Below, one piece after another: positions 28,723 to 39,417 of a stretch of 64,000 nucleotides of DNA. Source of the DNA: Clostridium sp. 27_14 (lineage in GTDB: Bacteria > Bacillota > Clostridia > TANB77 > CAG-508); contig MNRQ01000022.1 in assembly GCA_001916035.1 (NCBI GenBank), positions 24,545 through 88,544 of the forward strand, given 5' to 3'. Numbering within the stretch: position 1 is the first letter of the stretch; every line of letters starts with the position of its first letter. A program made the position numbers and the translations under genes. The notes beneath the pieces were generated by a model that saw only the letters and a list, made by a program, of their open reading frames with translations, was not told where the DNA came from and did not search any database.

Positions 28723-29094
28723 CTACATTTCTTGGTTGCCAGGTAAGAAATAATCAACTACACCATAAATTAAAGCACCTATAATAGCGGCAATCCATGA
28801 AATAGTATATCCAGCAACAAAGAATTGTGTTACATACAAAGTAATAGCAGCTAGTGCAAATCCTACAAAGCCTTTACCAAATGGACTGGCATGTAAACCA
28901 GTAAATTTGGTTACTAAATAGTCTAAAACTGTTAGAACAACAGCAGCTATGATTAATGTCCAAATGTTGTTTATAGAAAATCCAGGAGTAAAGAAAGCTG
29001 TGATTGCTAAAACAACAGCTGCTCCAATTAATCTTCCAACTATTTGCCAGACTGTAGAACTATTACTTTTTGTATTTGATTCTGTGTTTGACAT
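28723..29094 (-). CDS. DUF360/YvlD-like membrane protein (annotated in databases as phage holin family)
   Basis: Four TM segments. GxxxG-rich. 123 aa. Confidence 0.5.
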   Translation of the reverse strand: MSNTESNTKSNSSTVWQIVGRLIGAAVVLAITAFFTPGFSINNIWTLIIAAVVLTVLDYLVTKFTGLHASPFGKGFVGFALAAITLYVTQFFVAGYTISWIAAIIGALIYGVVDYFLPGNQEM

Positions 29095-29403
29095 GGTGAA
29101 CCTCCTTACCTAAAAATTAGAATTGATATTTATGCTTATAAAGACATAACTTTTTGTACAATTTTTTTTAGGTTACAATTTTATTATGGGCAAAAAATTT
29201 TTTTTTATACAAAAAATTAAAAATAATAATATTTTTTTGTGAATAAAAAGAAAAAATTTGAAAAAAATAAAATTGATAAGTATTATTAAATGAAATAGAA
29301 AATAGTAAATTGTAAAATGAAAATTTTAGTTTGAAATAGAAAATGAAAATTAAAAAATGATAAAAAATAAATTTGATAAATGATATAGAAAGGAAGATTA
29401 AAG

Positions 29404-30074
29404 TTGTTAGTTACTTTTTTTAGAGCGATTCTTTTATATATAATTGTTTTAATAGTTATGAGATTAATGGGAAAAAGGGAAATAGGGCAATTACAGCCAT
29501 TTGAATTGGCTATATCAATAATGATTGCAGATTTAGCTTCTATACCAATGACAGATACGGGTGTACCAATATCAAATGGTATAATACCAATATTGGGATT
29601 ATTAGTAATGCATTTAGTAATATCTGTTGTGAATTTAAAGAGTATAAAAGCAAGAGAGATAATTTGTGACCAAGAATATTAATATATAGAGGTAGAATTG
29701 ATGAAAAGGCGTTAAAAAAGGAGAGATTTACAATTAATGAGCTGGAAGAAAGGTTAAGGGGAAATAATGTTGTTAATTTGGGTGATGTTGAATATGCAAT
29801 ATTAGAGACAAGTGGAAATATTACAGTTATTCAGAAACCAGAAAAAAGAAATACAATTCCAGAAGATTTTAATATTGTTCCAGATTATGAGGGGATTTCT
29901 TATGATTTGGTTGTTGATGGAAAAATTATGGATGAAAATTTGAAAAAATTAGGAAAAAATTATCAATGGTTGAAAAAGCAGGTTGAAAAATTTAATATAA
30001 GGCCAGAAGAGGCTTTAGTTGTTACAATTGATGGTAAAGGACAAATTTTTTGCCAAGAAAAAGAGAAAGGGTAG
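29404..30074 (+). pseudogene. DUF421 (YetF-like) membrane protein gene split by a -1 frameshift near 29667
   Basis: ORF 29404-29682 carries the N-terminal TM part. Frame +2 from 29670 continues PRILIYRGRIDEKALKKERFTINELEERLRGNNVVNLGDVEYAILETSG... into ORF 29778-30074, matching the DUF421 C-terminal domain. Confidence 0.6.
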
Positions 30075-30481
30075 TGATTTTTTTGTATAAGGAAATAGTT
30101 TTTTCTATAATTATAATTGTAGTAGTTGTTTTTGAAAATATATTGACTCAAAATTATACTCATGATTCTGTAAGAAAGACTACTTCTAAATTGGAGGAAT
30201 TGAAGCAAGAATTGTTAGTTGATTCAAAAGATGATATAGATTGGAATAAGGCTAAAGAGGATTTTATGACTTTACAGACAGAATGGAGAAATAGTTTTGA
30301 AAAATTGGCTTATTATATAGAGCATGATGAGTTGGAAAAAGTTGATACAAATTTAATTGGGCTTAAAAGCTATATTGAAACAGAAGAAGAATCAGATGCT
30401 GTTAGTGAATTGGAAAAAAGTGTTTTTGTTTTGAAACATATTGAAGATAAAACAAGGATGAATTTGAAAAATATATTTTAA
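30072..30481 (+). CDS. Small membrane-anchored protein (DUF4363-like partner of DUF421)
   Basis: N-terminal TM then acidic helical region. Start uncertain; the track ORF begins at 30050 inside the upstream gene. Confidence 0.35.
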
Positions 30482-30492
30482 TTTTTTAATAG

Positions 30493-30583
30493 AACAAAAG
30501 CGGACATTAATAGTATTTACACTTATTTAGACATTAATAACATTTGTATTATTTAGAAAATTTTAATGTCCGCGTCTTTGTTC
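30493..30583. repeat. Repeat family 1 copy F (hairpin2 module, inverted, long loop)
   Basis: GAACAAAAGCGGAC ...61 nt... GTCCGCGTCTTTGTTC. Confidence 0.75.
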
Positions 30584-30628
30584 GAGTGTGAAATTTATTG
30601 TTTTTTACACTCTTAAAAATATTTAAGG

Positions 30629-33070
30629 TTAAAATTTATTAGAGCCACTAACGACTTCGGCATAATTTTTTAGTTTTTTGTAAACAAGGTCATTTACTGT
30701 ACCAGAAGGGAAGTGACCATTTTTGTCTTTTTTACCAGCTGGTACTCCAGTTAAAACTTCTATTCCTTCTTCAATTGTAGAAATAGAGTAAATATGGAAT
30801 TCACCATTTTTTACAGCTTCTATAATATCATCAGATAATTGCAAATTATCTACATTTTGAATAGGAATCATAACTCCATGTGAGCCATCTAACCCACGCA
30901 TTTTACAAATTTGGAAATATCCTTCGATTTTTTCATTGACTCCACCAATAGGTTGTATTTGACCTTTTTGATTTACAGAACCTGTTACAGCAATTGCTTG
31001 ATTAATTGGTATACCAGATAGACTAGATAATAAACCATATAATTCTGTACTTGAAGCACTATCTCCATCTACTCCATTATATAATTGTTCAAAGCAGATA
31101 CTGGCGGTTAAACATAATGGAATATCTTGTGCAAACATTTCTCCTAAATATCCAGTTAAAATTAAGACACCTTTTGAGTGTGATGAACCAGATAGGTCAA
31201 CTTCTCGTTCTATATTTACAATACCGCTTTTACCGGTGTAAGTGTTTACAGTAATTTTTGCTGGTTTACCGAAAGTATAGTCCCCAACAGTTAAGACTGT
31301 TAAGCCGTTTAAAGTTCCTACTTTATAGCCTTCGGTATCAATTAATAATGAATGATTTTTTATCATTTCCATATATTTTGTGTCATATTTTTTTACACGA
31401 TTGATTTGTTCTTTTAGGGCTTTATCCATAAATTGGCTTGTGACTACTTTGGATCTTGATAGTTTTGCCCAAGTGGCAGCTTCACCAGCAATTTGAATTA
31501 AGTCATCAAATCTAGTAGATATTTTTGAGTGGCTACCAGCTAATTTTGAGGCATATTCAATTAATTTGCACATTGCACCTTTGTCTAAATGAGGTAAGTT
31601 ATCATGATCACAGAAACCATGTATAATTCGTGCTAATTTATTAGCGTTTTCAGTATTTAATGGTGCATCATCTTCAAATTCAACTTTAATTTTAAATAGT
31701 TTTTTAAAGTCGGAATCCATAGCTAAAAGTGTTTGATAAATTTGACTATTACCTATTAAAATGACTTTTAAATCTAATGGTATAGGTTCAGGTCTTAATG
31801 AAATCATTACCATAGAAGAACGTTGTTCTGATGCAGCTTCTATACCAAGCTCTTTAACACGTAGAGCTTTTTTTAGGGCTTCATAACAAGCAGGGTTTGA
31901 TAATAAATCTTTTGCTTGGAAAATTATATATCCACCATTTGCTTGATGTAATAATCCTGGTTTTAACATGGTAAAATCAGTTTTTAATGCTCCATAATAG
32001 TTTTCATATTCTAATGCACCAAATATATTACTATATGAATAGTTAGAATCCATTATAACAGGTGTACCTTCTTTATTTGAATTATCAATAAATAAATTTA
32101 CACGATAATTTAGTGAAGGATCAGTTACTCTATTTGCAGGATTTCCAGGCTGATTTGGATTTTGAGCTTCTAATATTTTGTCTTCTTCTAAAAAGTATGA
32201 TACATTTTTTAGAACATCTTGTTTAACATCATTTAAAAATGTGTTTATTTTTTTGTTACGTTTATATTTTGATTTTAAGAAATTTATGTGTGCACTGATT
32301 GTTAAAAGTGCGATATTTGATTGCCATTCTGAGATTTTTTTGTCTGATTGTCTTTCAATTTCTTTAATTTGTCCAATAACTGTCATAATTTGTTCTTGAA
32401 CAACAGCAGATTTACTTTCATATTCTTGTTTTATAGAGTCTTCTAATTTGTTAAATTCTTCTTCCTCAACTACTTTTCCATCAACTATAGGCATCATGTA
32501 AATGCCGTTCTGAGAGGCTTTTACTTGAAAATCAAATTTTAGAGCATCTTTGTTTAGCTTTTCTAAAAGAGCAGAGCGTTTTTCTTCAAATCTTTGTTTT
32601 ATAGATGCCTTTTCTTTTTCAAAGTCGTCGGCATTAAATGTTTTTTTAATATCTTTTTTAAATTCTTTTATAAATCCATCCATATTGTCTCTAAATTCTT
32701 TTCCTTGTCCGGCAGGTAAAGATACTGAGATAGGATTGTTTGGATTGTTAAAATTATAAATGTAACACCAGTCATTTGGAACTTTTTCTTTCTTTGAAAT
32801 CTTGTCAAGGTAATTTTTGGTATACATTGTTTTTCCAACTCCACTTGGTCCTTCAATGTATAAGTTATAACCTTTTACATTTACTTGTAATCCAAATTCT
32901 AGTGCCTTAATTCCTCTATCTTGTCCAATTCCAGTTTGTATGTTTTCTAGTTCTTCTGTAGTATTAAAATTAAATAAATTTTCATTACATGTCATTTTTA
33001 AATCTTTATAAGATAATTCATTTTTGCTTTTCATTCGTTTTTTCCTCCATTTTTTCTTTATTATTCCCAT
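30629..33070 (-). CDS. Lon-like ATP-dependent protease (COG1067/LonB-like AAA+ with S16 Ser-Lys domain)
   Basis: IGQDRGIKALEFGLQVNVKGYNLYIEGPSGVGKTMY AAA+ start. C-terminal DGDSASSTELYGLLSSLSG catalytic-serine region. Confidence 0.8.
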   Translation of the reverse strand: MGIIKKKWRKKRMKSKNELSYKDLKMTCNENLFNFNTTEELENIQTGIGQDRGIKALEFGLQVNVKGYNLYIEGPSGVGKTMYTKNYLDKISKKEKVPNDWCYIYNFNNPNNPISVSLPAGQGKEFRDNMDGFIKEFKKDIKKTFNADDFEKEKASIKQRFEEKRSALLEKLNKDALKFDFQVKASQNGIYMMPIVDGKVVEEEEFNKLEDSIKQEYESKSAVVQEQIMTVIGQIKEIERQSDKKISEWQSNIALLTISAHINFLKSKYKRNKKINTFLNDVKQDVLKNVSYFLEEDKILEAQNPNQPGNPANRVTDPSLNYRVNLFIDNSNKEGTPVIMDSNYSYSNIFGALEYENYYGALKTDFTMLKPGLLHQANGGYIIFQAKDLLSNPACYEALKKALRVKELGIEAASEQRSSMVMISLRPEPIPLDLKVILIGNSQIYQTLLAMDSDFKKLFKIKVEFEDDAPLNTENANKLARIIHGFCDHDNLPHLDKGAMCKLIEYASKLAGSHSKISTRFDDLIQIAGEAATWAKLSRSKVVTSQFMDKALKEQINRVKKYDTKYMEMIKNHSLLIDTEGYKVGTLNGLTVLTVGDYTFGKPAKITVNTYTGKSGIVNIEREVDLSGSSHSKGVLILTGYLGEMFAQDIPLCLTASICFEQLYNGVDGDSASSTELYGLLSSLSGIPINQAIAVTGSVNQKGQIQPIGGVNEKIEGYFQICKMRGLDGSHGVMIPIQNVDNLQLSDDIIEAVKNGEFHIYSISTIEEGIEVLTGVPAGKKDKNGHFPSGTVNDLVYKKLKNYAEVVSGSNKF

Positions 33071-33224
33071 TATTTTTTTTGATAAACTTATTTTATAGTA
33101 TCTTTTTTAAAAAGTAAAGGAAAAAATAAAAAAAAGTAATGATTTGAAATGGAAGAAGAGGTGTTTTTTTACAGATGTTACCCAAAAAACACCTGAACGC
33201 TTAGTACAAAACTTATTTAAAGTA

Positions 33225-33253
33225 TTGCAATATTTGATAAATAAAGATATAAT
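33225..33253 (+). promoter_or_regulatory. Sigma-A-like promoter with palindromic candidate TetR operator over the -35 element
   Basis: TTGCAA, 17-nt spacer, TATAAT. The -35 is embedded in palindrome TATTGCAATA. Confidence 0.45.
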
Positions 33254-33331
33254 AAGAAAAAATTGTGTGAATGAGTAAAAATACTATTTTAAAAGTGAAT
33301 TTTTGTGTTTTACGAAAGGAATGTGATAAAA

Positions 33332-33901
33332 ATGAATAAGACCAAAAGAAAAATTTTTGAGACTTCTATGAAATTATTTGCTGAAAAAGGTTATGATGCA
33401 ACAAGCATAGAAGAAATTACTGCAACAGTGGGAGTAGCAAAAGGAACATTATATTATCATTTTTCTAGTAAAGAAGAAATTTTTAATTTTTTGATTGAAG
33501 AAGGGATAAAACTTTTACAAAATAGTATTTATATAAAAACATCAAAATACACTAATTATATAGATAAAATCAAGGCAATAGTTTTAATAGAAATAAAAAT
33601 TGTTCAAAAATATGAGAATTTAATAACTATATTATTAAGCCAATTTTATGGTAAAGAATCAAGAAATCAAAAATGCCAAATGCATGTTTATGAGTATATA
33701 GAACAAATAGAGCAAATAGTAAGAGAAGGTATAAATAAAGGAGAAATAAAGCAGGGAGAACCTAAAGCGATGGCCTCTGAAATTTATGGATTAATATGTT
33801 CTACATTAGTATATAAATTGCGTAATCAAGATACGTTTGATGTTACAAATATTTATAAAGAGTTTGAGAAAACTGTAATTGAGGGATTAAAAGGAAAATA
33901 G
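33332..33901 (+). CDS. TetR-family transcriptional regulator
   Basis: KRKIFETSMKLFAEKGYDATSIEEITATVGVAKGTLYYHF HTH. RBS GAAAGGAATGTGATAAAA-ATG. Confidence 0.8.
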   Translation: MNKTKRKIFETSMKLFAEKGYDATSIEEITATVGVAKGTLYYHFSSKEEIFNFLIEEGIKLLQNSIYIKTSKYTNYIDKIKAIVLIEIKIVQKYENLITILLSQFYGKESRNQKCQMHVYEYIEQIEQIVREGINKGEIKQGEPKAMASEIYGLICSTLVYKLRNQDTFDVTNIYKEFEKTVIEGLKGK

Positions 33902-33920
33902 AAAGGGAATGTGATAAAAA

Positions 33921-35636
33921 ATGAGAAAGCCAATACATGAATTTGACAAATTTACAGATTTAAAAGATATGCTAAAGATATCTGGAGAGAAGTATGGTGA
34001 TAGACCAGCATATATGTTAAGAACTGATAAAAAAGGAGAGTTTAAAACAATTACTCATAAAGAATTTAGAGATCAAATAAATGAATTAGGTACAAAATTG
34101 ATAGAGATGGGGCTAAAGGGTAAACGTATAGCAGTAATTGGAGAGAATCGCTATGAATGGGGTGTAGCATATTTAGCAATAGTTACTGGAACGGGTATAG
34201 TTGTACCTTTGGATAAAGCATTACCAGAAAATGAAATTGAAAGTTTAATAATTCGTTCAGAGGTAGAGGCAATTTTTTATTCAAAAAAATATGATGATGT
34301 TATGGCTAAAATTCAAGAAAAAGGAAATACAAATTTGCGTTATTATATTTCTATGGATATAAAGGAAAATGAAGAAAATGTTTATTCTATGGAAAAACTT
34401 ATAAAAGAAGGAAAGGAATTACTAGAAAAAGGAAATAGAGAATTTTTAGATGCTAAAATAAATCCAGAAGAAATGCAAATTATGTTATTTACATCTGGAA
34501 CAACATCAATGTCAAAAGCTGTAAAGTTATCACATAAAAATATAGTAAGTAATTTAATGGATATAACATCTGTGATTAAGTTACATGAAAAAGATGTAAT
34601 GTTATCGTTTTTACCTTTACATCATACGTTTGAATCAACAGTGGGATTTTTGTATCCAATATCAAAAGGGTGCAAGATTACATTTTGCGATGGAATTAGA
34701 CATATTGCAGAAAATATAAAAGAATATAAAATAACAGCCATGATTTCCGTGCCTGCTCTTTATGAAGGAATATATAAACAAGTTGTAAAGGCTATAAAAA
34801 AACAAGGAAAATGGGAAAAAGTACAAAAAGGTATAAAAATTAGTAATACTTTAAGAAAAATAGGAATTGATATTAGAGCAAAATTGTTTAAAGAAATACA
34901 TCAATCTTTGGGTGAAGATTTAAGATTAATGGTAGCAGGTGGAGCAGCATTAGATCCAGAAATAGAAAAAGGTTATACAGATTTAGGATTTTGTGTATAT
35001 CAGGGTTATGGGTTGACAGAAACATCACCAGTTATAGCAGCAGAAGATGATAAATATAGAAGATTAGGATCAATAGGAAAGGCATTTCCAAGTGTTGATG
35101 TGAAAATATTTGAACCAAATGAAGATGGTATAGGGGAATTAATAGCAAAGGCACCATCTGTAATGTTAGGTTATTACAATAATGAAGAAGCTACAAAGGA
35201 AGCTATTGATGAACAAGGTTGGTTCCATACAGGTGATTTGGCAAAAATAGATAAAGATGGATATATTTTTATAACAGGAAGAAAAAAATATGTAATAGTA
35301 TTGCAAAATGGAAAAAATATTTTTCCAGAAGAATTAGAGGCACTTATAAATAAAATTGAAGGAGTTAAGGAAAGTTTTGTTTATGGTAGACCTGATGGAA
35401 GTGGGGATTATAAAATTTGTGCTAAAATTGTTTATGATAAAGATATAGTAAAAGAAATTTATAATGTTGAAAATGTAGAAGATATAAAAGAAACAATTTG
35501 GCAAGAAGTTAAAAAGATGAATAAGGAAATGCCTGCATATAAATATGTAAGAGATATTGTTGTAACAGACAAAGAGCTTATTAAAACAACAACTCAAAAA
35601 ATAAAGAGACATGAAGAAATGAAAACGGTAATATAA
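33921..35636 (+). CDS. Long-chain fatty acid--CoA ligase (AMP-binding family)
   Basis: LFTSGTTSMSKAVKLSHKNI AMP-binding motif. YQGYGLTETS. GRKK motif near C-terminus. Confidence 0.85.
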   Translation: MRKPIHEFDKFTDLKDMLKISGEKYGDRPAYMLRTDKKGEFKTITHKEFRDQINELGTKLIEMGLKGKRIAVIGENRYEWGVAYLAIVTGTGIVVPLDKALPENEIESLIIRSEVEAIFYSKKYDDVMAKIQEKGNTNLRYYISMDIKENEENVYSMEKLIKEGKELLEKGNREFLDAKINPEEMQIMLFTSGTTSMSKAVKLSHKNIVSNLMDITSVIKLHEKDVMLSFLPLHHTFESTVGFLYPISKGCKITFCDGIRHIAENIKEYKITAMISVPALYEGIYKQVVKAIKKQGKWEKVQKGIKISNTLRKIGIDIRAKLFKEIHQSLGEDLRLMVAGGAALDPEIEKGYTDLGFCVYQGYGLTETSPVIAAEDDKYRRLGSIGKAFPSVDVKIFEPNEDGIGELIAKAPSVMLGYYNNEEATKEAIDEQGWFHTGDLAKIDKDGYIFITGRKKYVIVLQNGKNIFPEELEALINKIEGVKESFVYGRPDGSGDYKICAKIVYDKDIVKEIYNVENVEDIKETIWQEVKKMNKEMPAYKYVRDIVVTDKELIKTTTQKIKRHEEMKTVI

Positions 35637-35649
35637 TTTGTATAATAAT

Positions 35650-35704
35650 AAACGGAGTTTAAAGTGTTGAGATAAAGGTAAATACTATTAAAGTCCGTTT
35701 TTAT
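35650..35704 (+). terminator. Putative terminator after CoA-ligase gene
   Basis: aacggagtttaaag ... ctattaaagtccgtt, imperfect, then TTTTAT. Confidence 0.4.
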
Positions 35705-35857
35705 AGTTTACATGATGTAACATTTTTGTAATATTACTGTAATAAAAATGTAAACAAAAAAGTCTTTTAGGTACTTGTAGTTTTTTGTAAATTCATGTAT
35801 AATAAATGTTGTAAGAATAATAAGCGTTTAAGCGTAGGATGAAGGAGGTTGTTTACA

Positions 35858-36841
35858 TTGTCTAGATCTGGCATAGTAAACGTGAGTATGGTAATCACGG
35901 AAGAAAAAATTTTATCAAATATAGATAAAGTTCAAAAATTAATAAATCCAAACAGTAAAAAACAAATAGTACAATTAGAAGAAGATACATATTTTAAAGA
36001 CTTAGTAGAATCAATAAAAACATATTTAAACGAATATCCTAAAAAGAAGAATTTTCCAAGCAGTGTATACAATGCTGCTTACGGACTAGTTGAATATGCA
36101 ACAAATCAATTTGAAGAAAATACAAAGAAAATAGAAGAATTAATTAGACAAAGAGAACAAAATATAGCTTTAGCTGGACAATTAAAAGAACTGATAGAAA
36201 CTGTTCAAAATAAAGAAGAAGATTGGAAAGAGCAAGTAAAAGAGGCAGAAGATACTTTTTCAGAAGATATTACAGAAACTTTAATGGTTTTAGGAAAAAC
36301 AAAAACAGAAACTTCTCAAAATTATCAAGATGCAATGAAATTATTACATGCACGTGTTAATAATTTAGAATCAAATTTGCATATTGAAATAGATATGGAA
36401 AGAATAGAAGATAGATCAAAAGCTCTAAGTTATATAGGAATAGAAGTGGCAGATGCTTTAAAATCAATTCCTACACCAGTTGATATAACAGAGCAAGAAA
36501 CAGTAGTAGAGCAAACAGAAAATGTTGAACAAGTTGAACAAATAGAAGAAATTCAAGAACAACCAGTTGAAAAAATAAAAACTGCTAAGACTAAAAAATC
36601 TAAAAAGGCAGAAAATGTACAAAAGATTGAAGAAAATACACAAGAACAAACAGAAAATGTTGAACAACAAGCTGAACAAGTTCAAGTTATTGAAGAACAA
36701 CAAGTTGAAAAAACTAAAAAACCTTCTTTATGGCAAAGATTTAAAAATAGTAAATTTGTTAGAACTATTAAATATGTAATGAAAATTAGAGTAGTTTTAG
36801 ATTATCCAGCTTTACCAGAGGGTAGAGGAGAAAATAATTAA
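35858..36841 (+). CDS. Coiled-coil protein with C-terminal acidic EQ-rich repeats, hypothetical
   Basis: Repeats of QTENVEQ / EEQQVE. TTG start 8 nt after AGGAGG. Confidence 0.4.
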   Translation: MSRSGIVNVSMVITEEKILSNIDKVQKLINPNSKKQIVQLEEDTYFKDLVESIKTYLNEYPKKKNFPSSVYNAAYGLVEYATNQFEENTKKIEELIRQREQNIALAGQLKELIETVQNKEEDWKEQVKEAEDTFSEDITETLMVLGKTKTETSQNYQDAMKLLHARVNNLESNLHIEIDMERIEDRSKALSYIGIEVADALKSIPTPVDITEQETVVEQTENVEQVEQIEEIQEQPVEKIKTAKTKKSKKAENVQKIEENTQEQTENVEQQAEQVQVIEEQQVEKTKKPSLWQRFKNSKFVRTIKYVMKIRVVLDYPALPEGRGENN

Positions 36842-36860
36842 TATATATAAATGTGAATAG

Positions 36861-36893
36861 CCACTAGTATTAGTAAAGAACTAATATTAGTGG
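36861..36893. terminator. Bidirectional terminator
   Basis: ccactagtattag ...ctaatattagtgg then TATTTGTTT. Confidence 0.5.
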
Positions 36894-36952
36894 TATTTGT
36901 TTAGAAAAGTCTTTTGAGTTTTTATAATATTAATAAAATGATGAGATGTTTT

Positions 36953-37246
36953 CTAATATGGAAATCTTTCGTATAAATATTTGATAATATCATCTGCATT
37001 ATGTTCGGTTACATGTAAATAGATGTCTTTGTCTAAGGAAATCCACATGTTTAAAGAATAGTTGTCAATATTGTCTATATATGTTCCGATTATTTCTGCC
37101 ATTTCTACTGGATTGGCATATTGTTTATTCCATTTTAATGCAGTGTTTAATTCTAAGTTTGTGTTGTAGAAATGGCTTAAAAATTTATTGACTTCTCCTG
37201 GTTTTTCACTAAATAAGTTGACAGTAATCATATTATATACTCCCAT
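36953..37246 (-). CDS. Hypothetical 97-aa protein
   Basis: ORF only. No recognisable motif. Confidence 0.3.
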   Translation of the reverse strand: MGVYNMITVNLFSEKPGEVNKFLSHFYNTNLELNTALKWNKQYANPVEMAEIIGTYIDNIDNYSLNMWISLDKDIYLHVTEHNADDIIKYLYERFPY

Positions 37247-37340
37247 TATTTTTCTTTTTTATAGTATGTCCAATATGAAGAAAAATATAACAAAAAATAA
37301 CCATACACAGAAAATTTATGAAATAAATTTTTTGTGTATG

Positions 37341-37407
37341 GACAAAGACGTGGACTTTAAAATGTTTTAAATGAGAGCAAATGTTATTAATGTTTGCATC
37401 TTTGTTC
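37341..37407. repeat. Repeat family 1 copy G (hairpin2 module, degenerate)
   Basis: GACAAAGACGTGGAC ... GTTTGCATCTTTGTTC. Confidence 0.65.
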
Positions 37408-37422
37408 GTGATGTTTTATATG

Positions 37423-38275
37423 TTATTGCTGGATATTGTTATTATTTTTGTATTGAAATAATACAGAAGGTCGATGACCTTTACCGGTTAACATTTTATC
37501 GGTTTTTTCAACTTTGTTTGCAATAATTCTTCTAAATGCGGGAGCTAATAATTTTTCTCCTAGAATTACTTCATAAACGTCTTGAAGTTCACCTAGTGTA
37601 AAATATTTAGGCATCATATTAAATACAATATCAGTATAATTTATTTTATTTCGTAGTCTTTCAATTCCTGTTAATATTACTTTTGGGTGATCAAAGGCAA
37701 TATTTTCATTTTTCAAGATTGAAAAAGAGTACTGATTAGTGGTTTTTTGTATTATATTTTTTTGGATTGAAAAATTTATTGTTTCGTTACCATTATTTAA
37801 AGTGATGTTTACAATATTATTTACTTCTGTAAATTCAGTAATATCAAACCATGATGCATTTTGACTAATGTTATTTTCTAATTTGTTTTTGTCAACTAGT
37901 GACATATATGCGGTTGAAACAACACGTGTTCTTGGATCTCTTTTTATATCATCAAAAGTATATAGCTGTTCTAAATATATGTTGGATAAATTAGTTTCCT
38001 TTTTTAGAATTCTTTTTGCACATTCATCAAGAGTTTCATTTTTTGGATTTACAAATCCACCTGGTAAACACCATTTGCCTTTAAATGGAAAATCATCTCT
38101 TTTGACAAGTAAAATACTAATCATTTTTGTACTTGTTTTTCTATAATTTATTGAATCTTTGCTTGATACACTAATTAATAATATGTCAGATGTCATGCTA
38201 AGTCTGTCAAATTTTGTTATGTCATAGTTTTCTAAAAATTCTTTTTCATTATTATATTCTTTCATAGTAATTTTC
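37423..38275 (-). CDS. NrtR-like regulator (degenerate Nudix domain + C-terminal winged helix)
   Basis: Nudix box GGFVNPKNETLDECAKRILKKETN has the catalytic REx2EE replaced by RILKKE. C-terminal region HPKVILTGIERLRNK...FRRIIANKVE is a wHTH. Start at MKEYNNEKEF with RBS GAAAGGAATGAAAATTACT. Confidence 0.65.
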
Positions 38276-38439
38276 ATTCCTTTCTTGTTTTGTTCAAAGG
38301 CGTATATAGTATTTTTTTGAATTTGTTTCTTTTTATAAATACTTATTAGCATTATATAAAAAACAAAAGAATTGGTCAAGTTTTAAAGAAAAAAGAATGT
38401 GTTAATTATAATTTTTATTTTTAATTTTTAGAAAAATAC

Positions 38440-38469
38440 TTGACAAATATAAATGTTTTTATTAGAATG
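38440..38469 (+). promoter_or_regulatory. Sigma-A promoter for radical SAM pair
   Basis: TTGACA, 18-nt spacer, TAGAAT. Lies in the divergent intergenic region shared with the NrtR-like gene. Confidence 0.55.
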
Positions 38470-38517
38470 TTAATATCAAAATATAAATAACAATGAAATC
38501 AAAAGGAAGTGTTGTAT

Positions 38518-39417
38518 ATGGAAAAGAAAGAAAAGATAAGATTAAAGCCTTCTCAAAATAGCATTTGTGGAAGTAGTTATAATTTGCTAAATGTTAAATT
38601 ATTAAATGGTTGTAATGGAAAATGTGAATTTTGTATTGCTGCTGGTACACCAGTAAAAAAATCAGCAGATGCACAAAGATTTATTGATACTGCTAATTCA
38701 ATGACGAAATTTTCAAAGGTTGATATTTTAGGTGGAGAGCCAACTTTATATCCTAACTTACTTGAGATATTAAAAGGAATTAGACCATATAAAGATGATA
38801 TAGGTATAATTAGTAATGGTTCTAATTTGAAAAGGATTAAAGAGTGTCTACCATATTTGGATACAGTGACTTTAAGTATTCATTCTTTTGATTATAGTAA
38901 AAATTCAACAGGTATATGTATTAATGAAGAAGAATTGAGAGATTTGAATAAGAACAAAGGAAATGTTGAAACTATATCAACTGTTGTTATTACAAAAGAA
39001 ACGGTTTCTAATTTAGAAGAAATAAAGGATTATGCTAAAAAAGCTAAAGAATTAGGTTTTTCAGCAATTAAATTGATGGAATTAGTTACATCAAATGAGA
39101 ATATTGATTTTATTGATTTACAGGATTTATTGATAAAATTTGGTATTCATCAAAAAAATGCTACATTAAAAGGTTGTTTTTTTGAATTACCAGAGTTATC
39201 AGAGTATTTAGGAATAAAAACTTATATAAAATTATGTTGTCCATTTAATAATGTATTTAAAGCAAAAAGTTTTGGAATACCAGATATTGAATATCAACAT
39301 GATTATATGAATGTTATTCAACCAGATTGTTCAGTAACTGATAGTTGGATATATGATTTATTTGATAATAAAATTTTGAATGGAGATGATGTAAATGTCA
39401 ATTACCTTAAGAAGTAA
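38518..39417 (+). CDS. Radical SAM protein A (CNGKCEFC core, no SPASM/twitch Cys cluster)
   Basis: LNGCNGKCEFCIAAG, GGEPTLYP, IISNGSN, LDTVTLSIHSFDYS core motifs. About 300 aa. Confidence 0.8.
   Translation: MEKKEKIRLKPSQNSICGSSYNLLNVKLLNGCNGKCEFCIAAGTPVKKSADAQRFIDTANSMTKFSKVDILGGEPTLYPNLLEILKGIRPYKDDIGIISNGSNLKRIKECLPYLDTVTLSIHSFDYSKNSTGICINEEELRDLNKNKGNVETISTVVITKETVSNLEEIKDYAKKAKELGFSAIKLMELVTSNENIDFIDLQDLLIKFGIHQKNATLKGCFFELPELSEYLGIKTYIKLCCPFNNVFKAKSFGIPDIEYQHDYMNVIQPDCSVTDSWIYDLFDNKILNGDDVNVNYLKK

Noticed and set aside
30629-33070. Lon-like protease as BREX BrxL
   Set aside because: The protein belongs to the COG1067 Lon-like family that BrxL resembles. However, no other BREX components (BrxA/B/C, PglX methyltransferase, PglZ) are nearby. 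Neighbours are a TetR/FadD module and DUF421/DUF360 membrane proteins. It is treated as a stand-alone Lon-like protease.
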